A stretch of 63,955 nt of DNA, filler included, from Bonamia ostreae (GCA_040357525.1; 24 parts of 24 records of this genome joined end to end with filler, not necessarily neighbours in it); one strand, 5' to 3'. Positions 49,198 to 61,409 are shown, counted from the first letter of the whole stretch. The notes: a model not told the origin generated them from the letters alone. A program made the numbers and translations.

Positions 49198-50500
49198 ATG
49201 ACTCAAAAAAAGCCGAATGTAGAGAAGCTGTTAATTGATGAATCGAATGCACAAAAAACCATTCTTTTAGACAAAAACTCAATTTCAGGCGGATTTGAAC
49301 AAATTAAAAATATCCTTTGAAAATTCGCAATTAGAAAATTTTAAAATTGATTTCAACTTTAAATATCCTTTGATTACAAATTTCCTTAACAAAATAAACT
49401 GTCAAGTGTAAATAACGGCCTCTGTTTTTTAGACGCGTTAGATTCGGATCGGTCTGTGTTTGAAGACAAATTAGCAAAAATCTTAAAATCAAAAATTTTG
49501 TCGCAAATAACATTTCTTAAACAAAAAAAATTGGCAAAATTGCTCGAAAAAACTTTTCCCTTTTTCGAGATGGCAAATTTCCGAGACATAATTTTCGCCG
49601 TTATCGAAAATTTGGACAAATTGCCAGAAAAGTTTGCCAAAAAATTGGTCAAATGCCAAAACGTTATTTTGCCATTAACGGTCAAAAAGAAAATTTGGGA
49701 AATTGACGAAAAATCATTTGACCGAGAAATCAACCGAATTTTAAAAATTTACTGTGACAGCGCAAATTCAAATTACAAAAAAATTTACCACAAAAAATTT
49801 GTATTCCCAAAAAGCAGGTCTAATTTAGACAAAGCTAATTTTCATTTTCAGTCAATTTTTCCATATTGAAAAAATCAAAATTCGATAATAAAATAAGACG
49901 AAAAGTAAATACGAATCTTCAAATTCTTGTAGAAACAATAAAAAACTCGCAAATTTTAAGTTCAAAATTGATTTACAATTTGGAACAAATTTATTTTAAA
50001 AATTTCGACCGTCTCGTGATGACTCTTCGCTTCGACGCGATAATGGGCTTAAACGACAACGGTCAACAAAATTTGCAGAAAATTGATTATTGTTACAACT
50101 TTATACGTTGCATCGACGATTGCATCACAGAAAACAGAGCTGATTCCAGTCATCTGGATAACCGTTCTAAAATTTGCAAAAATATTTTAAAACGATTTTA
50201 AAGATTTTGAGACAATTTTAAAAATCGATATTGAAAATTTAAAAATACAAAAAATAGTTAAAAATGTCGTACTTTCAGTGCCTGAAGACAAAAACTTGGT
50301 AGCGAAAATGGCAGCAGTAGCTTCAAATCCTTTGTTACGGTCATTTTTGTGCAAGGCGATTTTGCACAGAATAAATGTGGTTGTTTCGAAACAGCAATTG
50401 CCCAAAAAAGATCTTGCGCTTATCTTCTTTTCGCAGCTTTTATTGTTTTCACTCGAAAACAAAAATATTATTAAAGAAGAAATTTCTGTTTATCCGAAAG
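49198..50500 (+). CDS. NELFB: Negative elongation factor B (COBRA1), 3' truncated
   Basis: LLEKTFPF..., VKKKIW...F..EI..ILK.Y, PKS-RRK, TLRFDAIMGLND, ID.CYNFIRCIDDCI are collinear with animal NELF-B; introns 49310-49399 (AT-AC), 49818-49897 and about 50164-50203. Confidence 0.85.
49310..49399 (+). other. U12-type (minor spliceosome) AT-AC intron
   Basis: 5' ATATCCTTTG, branch TTTCCTTAAC at 49381-49390, 3' AC at 49398-49399. Removal joins A|TG in frame and removes the stop codons. Confidence 0.85.
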
Positions 50501-50559
50501 TCATATTTTATCAAATTAGCTTATTTTTAACGGATTTAATTAAATTTTCAAAAACAAAT

Positions 50560-50709
50560 TTTGCCATTAATTTGTTGTTTAATAAAATATCAATATCTTT
50601 TTTGTCCAAAAAATTTGCTATAAATTTGTTATTTTATTTAATATCAATATCTTTTTTGTCCTAATAATTGCTATAATTTTGTTATTTAATAAATTATCAT
50701 AATCTTTTT
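50560..50709. repeat. Intronic tandem repeat (about 3 copies)
   Basis: Variants of TTTGTTATTT..TAAATATCAATATCTTTTTTGTCC. Confidence 0.7.
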
Positions 50710-50844
50710 NNNNNNNNNNNNNNNNNNNNNNNNNNNNNNNNNNNNNNNNNNNNTTAATTAATTAANNNNNNNNNNNNNNNNNNNNNNNNNNNNNNNNNNN
50801 NNNNNNNNNTAATAACAACAAAAGCGCTAAAATGAAAAAATAAT

Positions 50845-51432
50845 TTATTTTTTAGATCGCCTTTTCTTTTTTCGCGTCTTTTTGGCAATTACTTTCAAAA
50901 GCCGTTTGTCTTTTTTGAGTTCTTTGAGCAGTTTGACTTCATCGTAGATTTTCTTCATCTTGACAGGGTTCGTCAGGATTTCTTCGCGCGCGCTGCGCGC
51001 TTTGCGCCCGATTTCGAGCATCGGGTCTTCTCTGAGTTTCGTTTCGTTCTCGATGACAGCGGCCACGCCTTTCAGGTTCGTCGGGTTCAACTTGGCTCCG
51101 ACCGACTCCGTTTCTTGTTTCAACACACTGAGCGCGTTTTCTTGTTTGATTGGCGCTCCCAACATGTACTCTTTCTCGTTCGGCTTTATGATGGGCGTCT
51201 GGTACATCCAGTCCATGCGATCGCTCTCAGCTTTGGTGATGAGGCCGGCCCGGATCTGCTCTTTCTTCAAATCCTCGACAGCTCTTTCTTCTTTGATCTG
51301 CTTCAAATGCTCTTCGATCCGTTTCTTGCGCTTTTTCTCTTTCTGTTCGGCTTTCCAAGTGATTTCCATGTTTTTCATGGACGCTGGATGCCATGGCTTT
51401 TTGTTCAAAAACGCTAAACCTCCTTTTCCCAT
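50845..51432 (-). CDS. CWC25: Pre-mRNA splicing factor CWC25
   Basis: MGKGGLAFLNKKPWHP...WKAEQ, RMDWMY, EYMLG, KLREDPM. Confidence 0.92.
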   Translation of the reverse strand: MGKGGLAFLNKKPWHPASMKNMEITWKAEQKEKKRKKRIEEHLKQIKEERAVEDLKKEQIRAGLITKAESDRMDWMYQTPIIKPNEKEYMLGAPIKQENALSVLKQETESVGAKLNPTNLKGVAAVIENETKLREDPMLEIGRKARSAREEILTNPVKMKKIYDEVKLLKELKKDKRLLKVIAKKTRKKKRRSKK

Positions 51433-52063
51433 TATTAGCTTTTGTCAGTTTATGAAGGTTTGTTAAAGTTGTTTAGAGTTTTAGCATTTTGCTAATTTGG
51501 TAATTTTCTAAATGTGCCCAATTTTAGAATTGCTAAATTTTTTCCCAAAACTGACGAAAAAGGCAACTTCTCAGTCGAAAATTAATATTTTCCAACATGT
51601 TAGTCTTCTACTCGCTCCAAATTTCAATGTAAAGTTCACATCGCCACCGATAAACTTCATTTTCTTTTTTGATAACAACCGGTGCTCTAAGCTTTGTTGT
51701 GTTCATGTGCAGTCATTTACAAAAGACCTGAAATAGTGACTGACGCAATTGAGTAGTTTGTTCTTTTTGCTAAAAATTTGATTTTTCTACTCAATAAAAT
51801 TTGAGCCCGAGTGGAATGATAAAAAATTTCCAAATAATAAAATGCATTGAAAATTTCAAACTGGGAAAGAAATTGAGAATTATAAAATAGCAACTTTCGA
51901 TAAATATTATCTGGAAATAGTTAAAATGTAAAGATGACAATGTTCAAAAACGAAGCCTCACAATTTTGATTAAAATTATTGACTTCATTCGAACAAATTT
52001 TATTGACTCGAAAATTTGCTTTATCAAAAAAGCGCAAAAAGGCAAAATTTTTGTAATTGGCGA

Positions 52064-53256
52064 TCAGTTTTGCATCGCCAGCAGCGCTTTCGGGACATCC
52101 ATTTTCTTCATCCCGCCAACCGCCATTTCCCCAAACAGTCTCCCGCTCACAGAATATTTGAGCTCCAGCGCGAACCTCACACGCAGCTCCACTCGCCCGT
52201 CGTAGTTGTTTTCTCGCCCGGACATTTGCCCGAAAAAACTCGAGTTGTTCTCTAGACATTTCCAAGCTTTGTCCGCCGATTCAAATTTGTCTGCTTTTAG
52301 ACAATGGTCCATTATATACAAAAGCTCATTTTCGGACTCGTTTATCGAATGTTTGATGCTTTGTTTTGCCAGGGCGCATCTGTTCTCGTTTTCGATGTAA
52401 TCGTCCATCGTTTTGACGGTCATCGTCAGTTTGGACAACTTTTGGAGCAGTTCCTCGTTTTTCTCGAGTTCGAAGCCGCTTTCGTCTTTTATCCTGTTCA
52501 GTCTTTCCACTTCTTTTCTGAAGGGAACACTGAACTCCGTGGCTTCGCTAGCCGAGATGCAGACATCCCAATCCATGTTGTTTCGAAACACTTCTCGGAG
52601 CTTTGCGGAGTTTTCACGCAATTGTTTGAAATAGGACACAAAGTCGTCAAAGCTTTGTTCGATTCCTCTTGTTATATTCTGCAGTTTCTGCGTGTAGTTT
52701 TGGGAGCCCGTTTCGGCGGAGAGATCTTCTGCGATGGCCGCGACGAGTTTCCGCGTTTCCTCCAACGCTTCTCTGTTCAGAATGTCGCGGAATTTTGGAT
52801 AGAACACGAAAAACTTGGCGCCGTCTTTCGTTTCGGCTTCGCCCACGCTTATCGGGTCTTCGACTCTTTTGTTTTGCGAATCAAGGTAAATCGCGTTTCG
52901 CGGCGTTATTTTCTTGTCTGTTTCGGGCGCGACGAACAGAATGTACTTCGGGACCTTTTTGCAGCCCTTTTCGTCGTGGAACAGCGGCAGCAGCGAATTG
53001 GGGCTTGCTCGCGGTTGGACTGTTGTTATCGCTAAATTGATCGAAGGAAACCTAATCCGTATTTGCTGGGGTAAGAAAAAGTCGGGCGCTCCAGATCTTC
53101 CGAAGCCAGCAACAACAATTTGGGGAGACCAGTTTTTTCGTCTGTCTCAAATTCGTCTAATTTTATAAAGTTCTTTATCGACGAAATCGCCTTCAGAATC
53201 CCAGTCGTGTCGTTGTCATAGTCGACTGTCGAAATAAAGTTTTCAGGATAATTCAT
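52064..53256 (-). CDS. Hypothetical protein of about 390 aa with coiled-coil C-terminal half
   Basis: A 20-nt intron (53032-53051) joins the 53256 ORF to one continuous frame ending at 52064; GC-richer codon usage. Confidence 0.7.
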
Positions 53257-53460
53257 TTTAGTTTACTGACAGATATAATCTTTTTATTAAAAGATTTTAA
53301 AAACGTTTTCGGAATGATCAAAAATTACAGCAATTTCCGATAAATCTTATCTAGAAATGGNNNNNNNNNNNNNNNNNNNNNNNNNNNNNNNNNNNNNNNN
53401 NNNNTTAATTAATTAANNNNNNNNNNNNNNNNNNNNNNNNNNNNNNNNNNNNNNNNNNNN

Positions 53461-56011
53461 AAAATCAATCGCTTTAAAACGGAAATAATGGATTCTGCTA
53501 ACTCGGAGCAAGGCATTCGACCAGAAAATCCAGCGGCTGTGTAGCCATAAATGACATTTGAAATGAGTTTAAAAGATTCTTGTCTGGCGTTCAACAACTT
53601 TTCCAAATTTTTGTCACTTTTCTTCATCTTTTCTTTTATTCCAATTCTAATTTTTAGAAATTTTATCGATAATGAAGAGCAGACCTTGTTTGAAGAAGTT
53701 CTAGAAGCAAAGCTGGCAACAAACCGAAACGTTTTTGATGTTTTACGAAAACGACTTTGTTTGGCGTCAAAAACAAATCTTTCTTATCTACTTCTATTGT
53801 TTGTAAATATAAATAAAAATTGCAACAAAAAATTCAAATTACTTTTGAAATTTGTTTTGGAAGTAACTCCAAATTTTTTGCTGTGAAAATTAGAATCGAA
53901 ATGCAGTTTGCCCAGACAAGTGCTGTAACAAAGATTGTAAGCAATAATTATTGAAGGGTACAAAGAACGGAAATCCAAAACAATTATCGGATCTTTTATA
54001 AATCCCTTTTCAGGTTCTAGAACGAGAGGGATTGACGTGGGCGTATTTTGAGACATTGTCTTTTTTTAATAATATAACATGGAATTGTAAATATCGCCAT
54101 TTTTAATTTAAATTGCGAAATTAAAAAACTTTAAATTGTTTAAAACGCCAAAAATTGTTTAAATTGAAAACAGCAAAAAATTGCAAAAGAAAATAAAAAC
54201 TTTAAATTGTTTAAACAGCAAAAATTGCAAAATTGCAAAAATAAAAACAAAATTGTTTAAAACATCAAAAATTGTTGCTAAATAAAAAAAACTTTAATTG
54301 TTTTTAAATTGTTTAAAACTGCAAAAATTGCAAAATTGCAAAAAAAATTAAAAACTTTAACTTGTTTAAACAGCAAAAATTGCAAAAAACAAAATTGTTT
54401 AAAACATCAAAAATTGTTGCTAAATAAAAAAAACTTTAATTGTTTTTAAATTGTTTTAAATAGCAAAAATTGCAAAAAAAACAAAATTGTTTAAACAGCA
54501 AAACTAGAGATTTTTAAATTGTTTTAAAAACCATTTTTCTAGACGGTGACAATAATTGGTAAACTCCAATTTTTGAAATTCTTGCGAGCATTGATTGCAC
54601 TCTATACTGCGATCCTCTATTTAAAACGTTTGCAAATGTAATTCCATAAATATTTGCTTTTTCACATGTTCGTTCGATAATAAACAAGTTTTCCAAAATT
54701 TCTTTAACAAAAAAATCAAAATGGAATTTAAAAATGCAAAAATCATTTTTAAAATTTAACAATAATTAAAAAATTTTGTATAAAGAAAACGATGAGACAA
54801 AAGACATTTTTTCGCAACATAAGAAATTGCCCTCGATTTTGCAAAACCACCTTTACAAAAATTGGCAAACAAAATTTGGTCATTCAAAGAAGGAAAAGTT
54901 TCGGAAAACAAATCAAAATAAACATTTTGGATTGTATAAGATCGCAATGATAATTCACTTCTGCAAACTCTAAAATTTTGCATTTTTTAAATCGACTTTT
55001 AAAGTTTTTTTTTGGAAAAATTTCAAAATTTCGCCTTTTGATGTTCAAATCGAAAAGGCGATTTAAAAAATTAAACTTTTCAAATTTAAATCATTATTAA
55101 ATCAGAAATGCAAATTTAAAATTAAATCTTTGTTATCTTGTAGTTTTAAAATTTATTCCACCATCAAAAAATAGCTTAAAAACTGCCATATATTAAGGAA
55201 AATCCGCCCAAACTTTTCAAAACAAACAATTTTGCTGTCAAATTGAGCTAACACATTTAACAGCTTTCTATTATCGCTATCAAAATTTCTGCAAAAAACA
55301 TGCGAATTTTTGCCATAAGCTTTTATTATACGATCCAGTAAAAATCCGATCGATTTTTTCTGAATTTCAAATCCCGCTAAAATGTCAATGTCTTTTTTGC
55401 GAATTAAATCGCAAAACTCTTCAATGATTTGTTCTTCGTTATCGCAAAATTTTAGGATTAGCGCCATTTTGTGACTAATTTTGAAAAATTTTAACGGATA
55501 AAATTCGTTAACGTCCAAACGAAAATCGTCGTTTGTCGCAATAACATTCAACTCAAAGTTGTTTTCAGATTTTATTAAAACGCAAATTGTTAAAATTTTA
55601 TCTTTATCCGGATCAGAAAATTTTTCGTTGGTCGTCGATGCCATTAATTCGATATAAGCTAAACTCATTCCTTTAGACAGTTTTTCGTTGTTATCGGCTA
55701 AAATTTGATTATGATCGTTTAAATTCTGATTTTTATCGAAACAGTTTTTATTATCGTTAATCAAATTTTTTATGGAAATAAAGTTCGAGTTTTTGGCTTT
55801 CTTCAGAATTTTGTTGATATTTTTTATTTTATCGCTTTTTTGAGGGTTCAAATAAAAATTTTCAAAATTGGTTAATTTTGAAAAATTTTGATTGTTCGAA
55901 TTTTGGTCGTCAAAAATTTGGTCGTCAAAAATTTCGTCATCAAAAGTTTGTTCGATTGTCAAATTGTCGTTTAAACAAATTTCATCATCGTCAAGATTTT
56001 TTTCGGTGCAA
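53461..56011 (-). CDS. REV3: DNA polymerase zeta catalytic subunit, internal fragment
   Basis: [77 protein letters not shown]. Confidence 0.95.
54120..54510. repeat. Intronic degenerate tandem repeat in REV3
   Basis: Recurrent AAATTGTTTAAA(A)CAGCAAAAATTGCAAAA units within intron 54060-54530. Confidence 0.85.
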
Positions 56012-56580
56012 NNNNNNNNNNNNNNNNNNNNNNNNNNNNNNNNNNNNNNNNNNNNTTAATTAATTAANNNNNNNNNNNNNNNNNNNNNNNNNNNNNNNNN
56101 NNNNNNNNNNNAATGCGGCGGTTATTTGCTAAACACAATCGCCAGCTTCTCTCTCATTCAACTTAGTCTAAAATATTGAGACATTTGGCGATGTTACATT
56201 TTTGTAAAATTGCTTTGCAGAATTTTTGGAGAACATTTATTTTTTACGAAAAATCGCAATTTTGTAATTTTACAAACGCGGAAATTATTTTTAGTGCTTC
56301 GAAAAAATTATGCAGAAAAAATTGAAATATTGATTTGCTCTGCGGATTCGCTGATCTACATATCTTCACATAAAATAATTGAAATCTAGACTTTGCGCTT
56401 GGAAAAAATTACGCAAATAATAAAAATGTTGATACGCAAAGATGAAAACCATATTTAAAGACGAAAAAAAATCGAAAATCGACGAAAAAACTTTCATAAA
56501 ATTTTGAAAATATCAAAAATTAAAAGTTTTTATTATTAAAAAAAGAATTGAAATTGGAAAACATTGAACGTAAATTTGTT

Positions 56581-57869
56581 CTAAAACTTTTTCATTATTT
56601 GGTCGAATTGTTTCTTTTTGAGTACCAAAAGCTCGTTATTCACATATTCTGTCGATTTTTTTATTGTTTCGTTTGTAATGATTTTTTCTTTTATTTTTAA
56701 AAATTTTTTAAGGTCAAAATTGATCAAAGTAAAACTATTTTGTGATGTTTTTGAAAACAAAATTGCAGTTTCAACAATGTCGTAAATATGTTGCCACATT
56801 AGAAAACAAACAAATTTCAAATTGTTTTTAGCTTTTCCGAACAAAGTTTTAAAAATGGTCAAATTCTTTTTTCCGAGCAAAGACAAATTCCTGCTTTTCG
56901 AGAAAAGAATATAATCGTCTCCATTTAATTTTTTCGAAATTTTATTCAATTGGGACAAGCGATTTCCATGACCGATTTTCGAGTTGAGTGTTTTTGAATA
57001 AACGTCAAAATTTTTTAATGAAAAATTTTCAATATTTTTTTCGATTTTTTCGATTTTCGGATTCCTCTTTTCCATTTTTTTGACGCTTTTATCAGTTTGA
57101 ATTGTTTTTTGCTTTTTTCTATGAAAAAGATTGGAGCGTTTGTACACGCAATATTCGATGGGATAATTATCTATGATGTTAAAATGATCTTTATTTTTCA
57201 ACATTTCAATAAAGTTAAAAGCTTCATTTCGGATTAGTTTTACAATATTTGGATTCGAATTCGTTTTGAACTCGTTTAAACATTTGATGATAAGATTGAT
57301 TTCTTTTTCGAATGCGTTTTTTGGGAGTTTAACTGCATTAGCCGTTTTCAATATATTTTGATTTTTTTGTATGAGCTTTATTTTTGATGGATCAAATTTT
57401 AAGACTAATCTTTTTATTATTAATTTTTCTTCTATTGAATAAAATCCAAAAACGACAAATCTTCGAAAACGAAAAAATTTTAAAGAGAGTTAAATCTTTA
57501 TCGATTAAAAAACGTCAATTTTTTGAAAATTTTAAAATTTGATCTAAACAAAAAATGAAATTTGAAAAATTTTAAGAACGTCTTAAAAATGAAATTTGAT
57601 CTAAACAGAATTTAAAATCTAAACAACACCAAAAATACATTCGATTTTTTTACAATTTTGGCCAAATTGTCTTTACTGAGAGACTTCAAAAATTTGCTGC
57701 GAACCGAAGGCTTGATCTTAGACATTACTTTCGACCTTTTCTCACGCGAAATTTTGAGAATCATCTGCACAAAATCCGACGGAGAAATGGCGGTTTTTTC
57801 TTCGTTTAAAACAACCAACTTGGTTTTTAAAGGAAGATTGGAAAAATTTTTGTTGGACAAATCGTCCAT
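56581..57869 (-). CDS. SPT3: SAGA subunit Spt3-like
   Basis: FEKEINLII.., RLSQLNKISKKLNGDDYILFSKSRNLSL, FLMWQHIYDIVETAI and ITNETIK match the two Spt3 histone folds. Linkage of the first exon (57612-57869) is inferred. Confidence 0.55.
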
Positions 57870-58004
57870 TAAACTAGCGGTTTACACTAAAGTTTAAATA
57901 CAGATTCGATTAAACTAAACAACGCCATTAATTGCGATCATTTATTGCATTAAAACAACGATTGTTAAACATCTCAATATAATCGAAACACTATTAATTA
58001 GCCA

Positions 58005-58661
58005 ATGACCTCAGACGAAAATGCCCAACTTCGGAATCTGCACAGTTTCGAGATCGGTCAAGAACTGTTCGTACTGAGATCGAACGCAAGTTGGGACGAA
58101 GGGTGGATCGTCAAAGACGTCGACATCAAATCCGTCACCCTCTACAAAAACAAAATGTCGAAACGTTTCTACATCGAACAAGCAAAACTGTTCACGAAAC
58201 CCGCCAGCAAATCCAGGCCACACGATCCGAGCCTTTGCGAAGGCGTCATTTTGGGCGATTGCCGCCTTTTCAACAAAATCATCGCCAGAAGCCCGGATTG
58301 CAACATTCCGGAAGAAGTGCAGGGCAGAGAAGAGTACCCGCTTTTGCTAGCAGTCAGACAAAACCAACTCGAGATGGTGAAGACAATGCTCCTCAACGGC
58401 GCAGACACGACGGTCGGAGACCAAAACGGGCAGAGCCCGATCCATTTGGCGGCGGCCAACGACAACGTTTCCGTTTTGAAGGCGTTGTTGGACTGCGGGG
58501 CCAATTTGGACGCGAAGGACAACAGCGGAAAAAACGCTTTGCATCTCGCCGTACTAAACGACAGCGAACGCGCGATATCGTTTTTGATCGAAAATTCGAA
58601 AAATCTGATTTTTGGCGAAGACAACGTTTCTTTTTCAATTTTTATTTTTTTTTTACTTTTT
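58005..58661 (+). CDS. Ankyrin-repeat protein (3' truncated)
   Basis: YPLLLAV..NQLEMVKTML.NGAD, GQSPIHLAA, GKNALHLAV. Confidence 0.9.
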
Positions 58662-58858
58662 NNNNNNNNNNNNNNNNNNNNNNNNNNNNNNNNNNNNNNN
58701 NNNNNTTAATTAATTAANNNNNNNNNNNNNNNNNNNNNNNNNNNNNNNNNNNNNNNNNNNNAAAATCGATTGAAAAAACAAAACATAAAAAAGAAAATAT
58801 TCAATAATAGACAAACACTTTACCAAAAACCGATTCGATAAAGGATACGTCAAAATCA

Positions 58859-60007
58859 ATGAGATCTCCATTTAATCACAAAAACAATTTGCAAAAACCT
58901 TTTTGTCCCAATCACAATTCGCTCGTAAAAATGCAACCGTCAAATTTTATTAACAGCGAAATGCAAAACCAAAACCCAAAAATCGCAACAAAGATTAATT
59001 TTTTGAAAGAAAATAGTAAAGAAATTGGTAATAAGATCAGAAAATTGGAGCAGATCGGTTACAAAAATACAAAATTCAACGATTCATTTGATTACGAAAA
59101 CCCAAAAATCGACAAATCACAATCAAAAATTAACGAAGCGAAAATTGATAATCCCAAAAAAATGCGCAAATTTACGCAAAAAACAACTACGCAAATTTAT
59201 AAAGAAGATAGCAATCACAACAAAAATAATAATAACGAATCTTCGAATCCAGACAAACAGAAAAATGACGAATCGGAAAAAAATTTGAAAGAAATGGCGG
59301 AAGATCTGATTAAAATATATCAAAATAATGAGTTGAAGGAAGCGAGGAAAGAGAATTTGGAAACTATAAAACAAAACGAAGCTTTGAAAATCGAGTATGA
59401 GGAGATTTCAAAACAATCTCTTAATTTGCAAAACCAAATCGACGAATTGTTTTTAAAAGAAAAAAATCTTCAAAACGAAATTTTAGTAAAAAGTGCTCAA
59501 ATTGATCGAATCTTAAGCAAAAACGCCAAATTTTGTGAAGATTTTGGCAAAATTTTGGATAAAATTTCGAATTTAAATAGTGACTCTGTCGATTGTGATG
59601 AACTTTTTAATCAAATTAAAATCTTAAGATTCAATTCAAAAAATGGAGAGAAAACAGAAAATTTTATTTTGAAGCTTGAAAATTTTGCCATAAAAATATT
59701 CCAAAATTTAAGAAACGTTGAACAAAAAGAAAATTCAAACAAACAGAAATTTCCAAAAAATGGCGAAGATTCCAAAGGAAAATGGCTTGAAAACATTCAA
59801 AAAATCGCTTTTGATGGACGTAAAGACTATGAAAAAATAATATTGTTTTCCAAAGAAATGGTTGAGACGGCGAAAAGAATGTTAGAGACATTAAAACTGT
59901 CATCGGAAAATCAAGTCGTTGAAGATTTGAGGAGTTTGTTGATTGGATTAGTAGAAAAAATCAAAGAAGTGACTGAAAGTTTGGTGGTTGTAAACGAAAA
60001 AAGATAA
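58859..60007 (+). CDS. Coiled-coil hypothetical protein
   Basis: 382-aa uninterrupted ORF with K/E/N-rich heptads. Confidence 0.7.
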   Translation: MRSPFNHKNNLQKPFCPNHNSLVKMQPSNFINSEMQNQNPKIATKINFLKENSKEIGNKIRKLEQIGYKNTKFNDSFDYENPKIDKSQSKINEAKIDNPKKMRKFTQKTTTQIYKEDSNHNKNNNNESSNPDKQKNDESEKNLKEMAEDLIKIYQNNELKEARKENLETIKQNEALKIEYEEISKQSLNLQNQIDELFLKEKNLQNEILVKSAQIDRILSKNAKFCEDFGKILDKISNLNSDSVDCDELFNQIKILRFNSKNGEKTENFILKLENFAIKIFQNLRNVEQKENSNKQKFPKNGEDSKGKWLENIQKIAFDGRKDYEKIILFSKEMVETAKRMLETLKLSSENQVVEDLRSLLIGLVEKIKEVTESLVVVNEKR

Positions 60008-60092
60008 TTTTTATAACAAAATTTCAAATTTTAATACGAAAAAAATCTCAAAAATAAATTTTAATGCGAAAAAAAAGATAAAATATTTAAAA

Positions 60093-61033
60093 TTATCCAC
60101 GCGAATAGCCTCTTTTCCGCAAATTCTGATTAAAACAATGTTCATCGCTGCCCTCTTCAACCGGAAATTCTTCTCTTTTCCTTTCGATTATATCTTCGTT
60201 CCAAACCACTCTCTCATCGCTTTCCCTCGAAACAACATTAAACGGAAAATTCAAAAATCTTGCAATTTTCGCACAAAAGCCAGAATCCGCAAAATAAGCA
60301 AAAATGAAAGAGAAAACGAGGACACCAATCGAAACGAAGAAAACAAGCCACCACATCAACAAAACGCAAAACAAACGCCATTTTTTAAAAACGAATTCGG
60401 ACATTGTCGTTTCGAAGCGGATTTTCGCGTTATAAACCATTTCAACGTCTTCGATATCAATTTTAATCGATTTTAAACGACATTTCTTATTGTCGAAAGT
60501 TCGAAATTTCTCGAAAAGCAAAACTGAATTCGTCGTTTTGCTAAAGAAACAGAAAAAGTTTAAAGGGAAAAGCGGAAAACAAAGATATTCCGCCATTTTT
60601 CTAAAAAGCAGGCCATTTTTGCGAAACGAAATCGGCTTTTTCGAACGTAAGTTTGAAACTCGACGGCCATTTTTTACATTAAGCTCCGTTGCGATCGTCG
60701 ACATTTTTGGTTTGGGGGAAAATGGCGTAACAATATCAAGATAAATGTCGTAAAAATAGTTTTCGTCGAGAAAAAGGGAATTTTTGGAATAAAAAATATT
60801 GTCGTCGCCTGAAAACTGCTGAATATGCTCAAAATTGTAATTTGTTGATACCACTTTGAATTGGGACTTACTAAATTTTAGAATTGGCGAAACTTTAGAA
60901 TAAAGTCGATTTTGACTTTTTCGGTCAATTTTGGGAATTTGAAGAAGAAAGAGAAAGAAGCGTTGATCGCCATTAAAAACGAGATAACGATTAGAATACA
61001 AACGAAAATTATCTCCCTTTTCTTTAAAAACAT
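60093..61033 (-). CDS. Seipin family lipid-droplet biogenesis protein
   Basis: ATG 61033 plus a 23-nt intron (60871-60893) gives an N-terminal TM, lumenal YDIYLDIVTPFSP...VYNAKIRF and a second TM. Confidence 0.7.
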
Positions 61034-61409
61034 TAAAAGGTTTAGGCCAAATTTATTATAAGGTTTTGATATAATAATAGCAATTAGCCATTTGTTAGTA
61101 ATTATGACGTACTTTTGTTGTTAATTTTGTACATTCAATTTTTAAATATTAAAATCGTTTTTGCTAAAAAATATTAGAATTTTTATATATTAAAACGAGC
61201 TTATTTAATATATGGTGGTTTTGTTAAAATAACTTGATAAATTGCTAAATTTTAAACTGTTATGTCTTCGCGGCGAAACAGTGCGAATAATGTTGTTTTT
61301 TTTTTAATTNNNNNNNNNNNNNNNNNNNNNNNNNNNNNNNNNNNNNNNNNNNNTTAATTAATTAANNNNNNNNNNNNNNNNNNNNNNNNNNNNNNNNNNN
61401 NNNNNNNNN

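Noticed and set aside
50960-53168. Long plus-strand ORFs (50960-51466, 52304-53035 and others)
   Set aside because: Antisense shadows of GC-richer minus-strand genes.
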